Below the pieces are notes generated by a model. It ran no database searches. It saw nothing but the letters and a program-made list of their open reading frames with translations, and had not been told where the DNA came from. Below, piece by piece: positions 60,780 to 64,000 of a stretch of 64,000 bases of DNA. Origin of the DNA: an uncultured Actinomycetota bacterium (GTDB taxonomy: Bacteria > Actinomycetota > Actinomycetes > JAHEKZ01); NCBI GenBank assembly GCA_963829525.1, contig CAWHIJ010000003.1:1728001-1792000 (forward strand), read 5' to 3'. Every line of letters begins with the position of its first letter. The stretch's first letter is position 1. The translations under genes and the position numbers were made by a program.

Positions 60780-63347
60780 ATGTTCCGCGCCTCATGGCGC
60801 AGCCTTGTCCAGCACAAGCTGCGTCTGCTCATGTCGATGCTCGCGATTGTCTTGAGTGTCGGGTTCGTCGTCGGCACCTTTATCTTCACCGACACGCTCA
60901 ACAAGACCTTCACCGACCTATTCGGCCAGACCACCACAGACGTGGTGGTCAGCCCGAAGTCGGACTTCCAGGGTTCTGGCTTCGCCGGTGAGGTTCCGAC
61001 ACTGGCACCAGAGCTCCTCGACGAGATCGCCCAGGTACCAGGAGCCGAAAAGGCCGGCGGGGCAGTCTTCGCCGACGGTGTCTCAATCATCGGCTCCGAC
61101 GATGAACCTCTCGGCCAGCAGGGAGCGCCGCAGTTCGGCAGCAACTGGAGCGATGACGAGGACCTGACCCCGTACCGACTTGTCGAGGGCGCCGGGCCCA
61201 CCACCTCGGACGAGGTGGCTATCGACTCGGTTTCAGCGGAGGACGGCCAGCTCGAAGTTGGTGACACGATTCGGTTGATTGCACCAACGGGCGACATCGA
61301 GGCCGAGCTGGTCGGGATCTTCCGATTTGGCACAAGTGGGAACCTGGCAGGGGCAACGATCGCTGCATTTGACACCAAGACCTCGCAACAGGTGCTTCTC
61401 GACGGTGAGGTCGGGTACACCGAGATCGACGTCGTCGCCGCTGCGGGAGTGACCCAACAGCAACTCGCCGACGAGGTGTCTGCTGTCACCGGGCCGGGCG
61501 CCACGGTGAAGACGGGCGCAGAGGCGGCTGACGAGGCGGCCTCGGATATCACCGATGCGCTCTCGTTCTTCAACATCATCCTGCTGGTGTTCGCCCTGAT
61601 CGCGCTCTTTGTAGGCTCCTTCCTGATCCTCAACACCTTCTCGATGCTGATCTCCCAGCGAACCCGCGAGCTGGCACTGCTCAGAGCCGTCGGCGCGACC
61701 CGAGGACAAGTGACTCGGTCGATCCTTACTGAGTCGTTGCTCGTAGGGGCCATGAGCTCGGTACTTGGATGCATCATGGGCATCGGGGTGGTCTACCTGC
61801 TGCGTTGGTTCTTCGGGAAGTTCGGCCTTGAGCTAGGCAGTACGCCACTTCAACTCGAGCCACGAACCTTCGCGATCGGGATCGCTCTTGGTGTCGCATT
61901 CACCGGCGTTGCCGCCTGGTTCCCCGCTCGCCGGGCGTCGAAGATTCCGCCAGTTGCGGCACTCCGTGACGACGCAACCCTCCCGACCAAGGCGTTGACG
62001 GTCCGTGCATTGCTCGGTGGCATCCAGATCCTGATCGGTGCTGGAGCCCTGATAGCAGGGGTGGTCAATGGCGGTTCGTCGGGTGCTTCTCTGGTAGGCG
62101 TCGGCGTGCTCCTCATTCTGACCGGCACCATCACTTTCAGTCCGGTTCTGGCCGCCCCGGTGGCGAGGGGCCTCGGCTATCCGCTGCCACGCCTGGTTGG
62201 CACCGTGGGCAGACTCGCGGTGGACAACGCCTCCCGGCAACCGCGTCGGTCGGCCGCGACGGCTTCAGCGCTGATGATCGGGCTAGCCCTCGTCACCGCC
62301 CTCACCATTTTCGCGTCCTCCATCACCGCTTCGCTCAATGCTGCCATCGATCGAGTCATCGGCGCGGAGTTCATCGTGGCCACCGACACGCAGCGCCCCT
62401 TCCCACGGGCCATTGCCGATGAGATCGAACAGCTACCAGATGTGTCCGTGGTATCGCGTACTACGTTCACCCAGGCCCAGATAGCTTCCGATTCCATCGC
62501 CAAACCCACAGGGAACGAAGGTCCGCCAACGACATTCGTGGGGACCTCCGACCCGGCCACGATCGCCGACGTCCTCAATCTCACCTTTACCGAAGGCGGA
62601 CTGGACGACCTGTCGGACACCGGTGTGATTGTGGATACGACAACGGCAACGAACTCCGACCTCGCGGTTGGCGACGAGGTCACGTTCACCTTCGCCAGCG
62701 GACCGGCCTCGTTCGAAGTGGTTGGGCTCTACGAACCAGCCGGGTTCTTCACCGGATACTCGATCACGAACCAGGCGCTGGAAGACGCAGGCGTCAGGAT
62801 CGGTGACACCTTTGTCTACGTCAAGGCAGACGAAGGCGCAGATCTCGACGCCCTGAAGAGCGACATCCAGGAGATCCTCACCTCCTACCCGGGCGTCACC
62901 GTGCAAAGTCAGGCCGAGCTTAAGGAACAGGTGCAGTCCAACGTCCAAACCCTGCTCAGTGTGATGATCGCGTTGCTGGGACTGGCCATCATCATTGCCA
63001 TCCTCGGGATCGTGAACACCCTCTTCCTGTCGGTTCTCGAACGCACCAGAGAGATAGGAATGCTGCGAGCCGTGGGTGCCAGCCGATGGCAGGTGAGGTG
63101 GATGGTGGTTCTTGAGTCAGTCGTCATTGCGCTCTTCGGCGCCATCCTCGGTGTAGTCCTCGGAGTGGTTTTTGCCACCGCCCTCCAGCGCACGTTGGCT
63201 GACCAGGGGATCGATGTGCTGAAGGTCCCCTGGCCCGCGCTCGTCCTGTATCTCGTCATCGCGATGGTCGTCGGTGCGCTTGCTGCCGCTTGGCCAGCGA
63301 GGCGTGCCGCCCGGCTCGACGTCCTGAAGGCCATTACGACCGAGTGA
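60780..63347 (+). CDS. ABC transporter permease with two FtsX/MacB domains
   Basis: NTFSMLISQRTRELALLRAVGA and NTLFLSVLERTREIGMLRAVG motifs. Confidence 0.95.
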   Translation: MFRASWRSLVQHKLRLLMSMLAIVLSVGFVVGTFIFTDTLNKTFTDLFGQTTTDVVVSPKSDFQGSGFAGEVPTLAPELLDEIAQVPGAEKAGGAVFADGVSIIGSDDEPLGQQGAPQFGSNWSDDEDLTPYRLVEGAGPTTSDEVAIDSVSAEDGQLEVGDTIRLIAPTGDIEAELVGIFRFGTSGNLAGATIAAFDTKTSQQVLLDGEVGYTEIDVVAAAGVTQQQLADEVSAVTGPGATVKTGAEAADEAASDITDALSFFNIILLVFALIALFVGSFLILNTFSMLISQRTRELALLRAVGATRGQVTRSILTESLLVGAMSSVLGCIMGIGVVYLLRWFFGKFGLELGSTPLQLEPRTFAIGIALGVAFTGVAAWFPARRASKIPPVAALRDDATLPTKALTVRALLGGIQILIGAGALIAGVVNGGSSGASLVGVGVLLILTGTITFSPVLAAPVARGLGYPLPRLVGTVGRLAVDNASRQPRRSAATASALMIGLALVTALTIFASSITASLNAAIDRVIGAEFIVATDTQRPFPRAIADEIEQLPDVSVVSRTTFTQAQIASDSIAKPTGNEGPPTTFVGTSDPATIADVLNLTFTEGGLDDLSDTGVIVDTTTATNSDLAVGDEVTFTFASGPASFEVVGLYEPAGFFTGYSITNQALEDAGVRIGDTFVYVKADEGADLDALKSDIQEILTSYPGVTVQSQAELKEQVQSNVQTLLSVMIALLGLAIIIAILGIVNTLFLSVLERTREIGMLRAVGASRWQVRWMVVLESVVIALFGAILGVVLGVVFATALQRTLADQGIDVLKVPWPALVLYLVIAMVVGALAAAWPARRAARLDVLKAITTE

Positions 63348-64000
63348 CGAGTCCCTGAAGCATTTCGACATCGACCTCGGTGAGTGAGGCGACGACCGAC
63401 CTGTTCGGCGCGGAGTCAATCGGGACAACGCTGGGCACCGCCACGACATGGCACCCGGCGGCCTCCGCGGCGGCAACCCCCGCCGGGCTGTCCTCCAGCA
63501 CCACCGAACGCGCAGCGCTAACCCCTAGCAGCTCGAGTGCGCTGAGATACGGCTCGGGATGAGGCTTGAGGTTGTTAACGTCGTCGGCAGTAACTTGGTG
63601 ACGGAACGGCTGGTTCGGCAGGTGAGCAAGGATGACGTCCACATGCACGCGCACCGACGAGGTGACCAGGGCGAGTTCGACATCGGCGGCGACAAGGGCA
63701 CCGAGCAGATCGAGCACACCTGGCTGGAAGGTGACGCGACCGCTCAGTTGCTTCGTCATGTTCTCAAGCAGCATCGCCATCACCGTTGGCGTGTCCAAGG
63801 AACTCTCTGTGTGCTCGATCATGTAGCGCGCCGCCACTGACAAGTTGCTGCCGAGCAGGTCGACCTGCTGCTGCTTGCCCCACGTTCCACCGAGCTGCTC
63901 GACGGTAGCGCTCTCGGCAGCGAACCATTGTGGCTCGGTGTCGACAAGGAGGCCGTCCATGTCGAACAGAACGGCTTCCAGTGGACGTGGGAGCGGGAGT
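63334..64000 (-). CDS. HAD-family phosphatase, 5' end outside the window
   Basis: Frame stays open to the window edge: LEAVLFDMDGLLVDTE, KPHPEPY and LEDSPAG motifs. Confidence 0.93.
   Translation of the reverse strand, partial: LPLPRPLEAVLFDMDGLLVDTEPQWFAAESATVEQLGGTWGKQQQVDLLGSNLSVAARYMIEHTESSLDTPTVMAMLLENMTKQLSGRVTFQPGVLDLLGALVAADVELALVTSSVRVHVDVILAHLPNQPFRHQVTADDVNNLKPHPEPYLSALELLGVSAARSVVLEDSPAGVAAAEAAGCHVVAVPSVVPIDSAPNRSVVASLTEVDVEMLQGLVTRS

Overview
This is a high-GC actinobacterial chromosomal segment that very likely spans the replication terminus, because a 28-bp XerCD dif-type site lies at 12604-12631. The left arm (1-7.6 kb) is the conserved DUF1290-DUF881-gcvH-garA-ftsR-DUF151-MerR block, followed by a tandem glycine riboswitch and gcvP. 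The variable middle (7.6-22 kb) holds a type III PKS/O-methyltransferase/flavin monooxygenase (srsABC-like) cluster, accessory genes around dif, gdh, fhs, an M20 peptidase, a GDPD and an MFS transporter. The right arm carries rbpA, fxsA-ppm1-lnt and a lysine catabolic cluster (kamA divergent from kdd-amidohydrolase-kamD-kamE-kal). That cluster has no kce or kamB/kamC in the window but has a translationally coupled amidohydrolase at its centre. Further right are Lrp, acyl-CoA dehydrogenase, a DUF222-HNH gene, helY-tatCA-pafBC, the complete Pup-proteasome locus (pafA, prcAB, pup, dop, arc), trmI, a site-2 protease, a RecB-like nuclease and a MacB-type ABC transporter. The top leads are: (1) the kce-less lysine operon with its embedded amidohydrolase; (2) the dif site and its flanking cargo; (3) two nuclease genes behind PafBC-type leaderless promoters whose start codons are both out of frame with the gene body; (4) a permuted papain-like protein with Ser at the catalytic Cys position beside the PKS. 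No rRNA, tRNA, CRISPR array or transposase was recognised. All family calls come from motif recognition by eye, not database searches.
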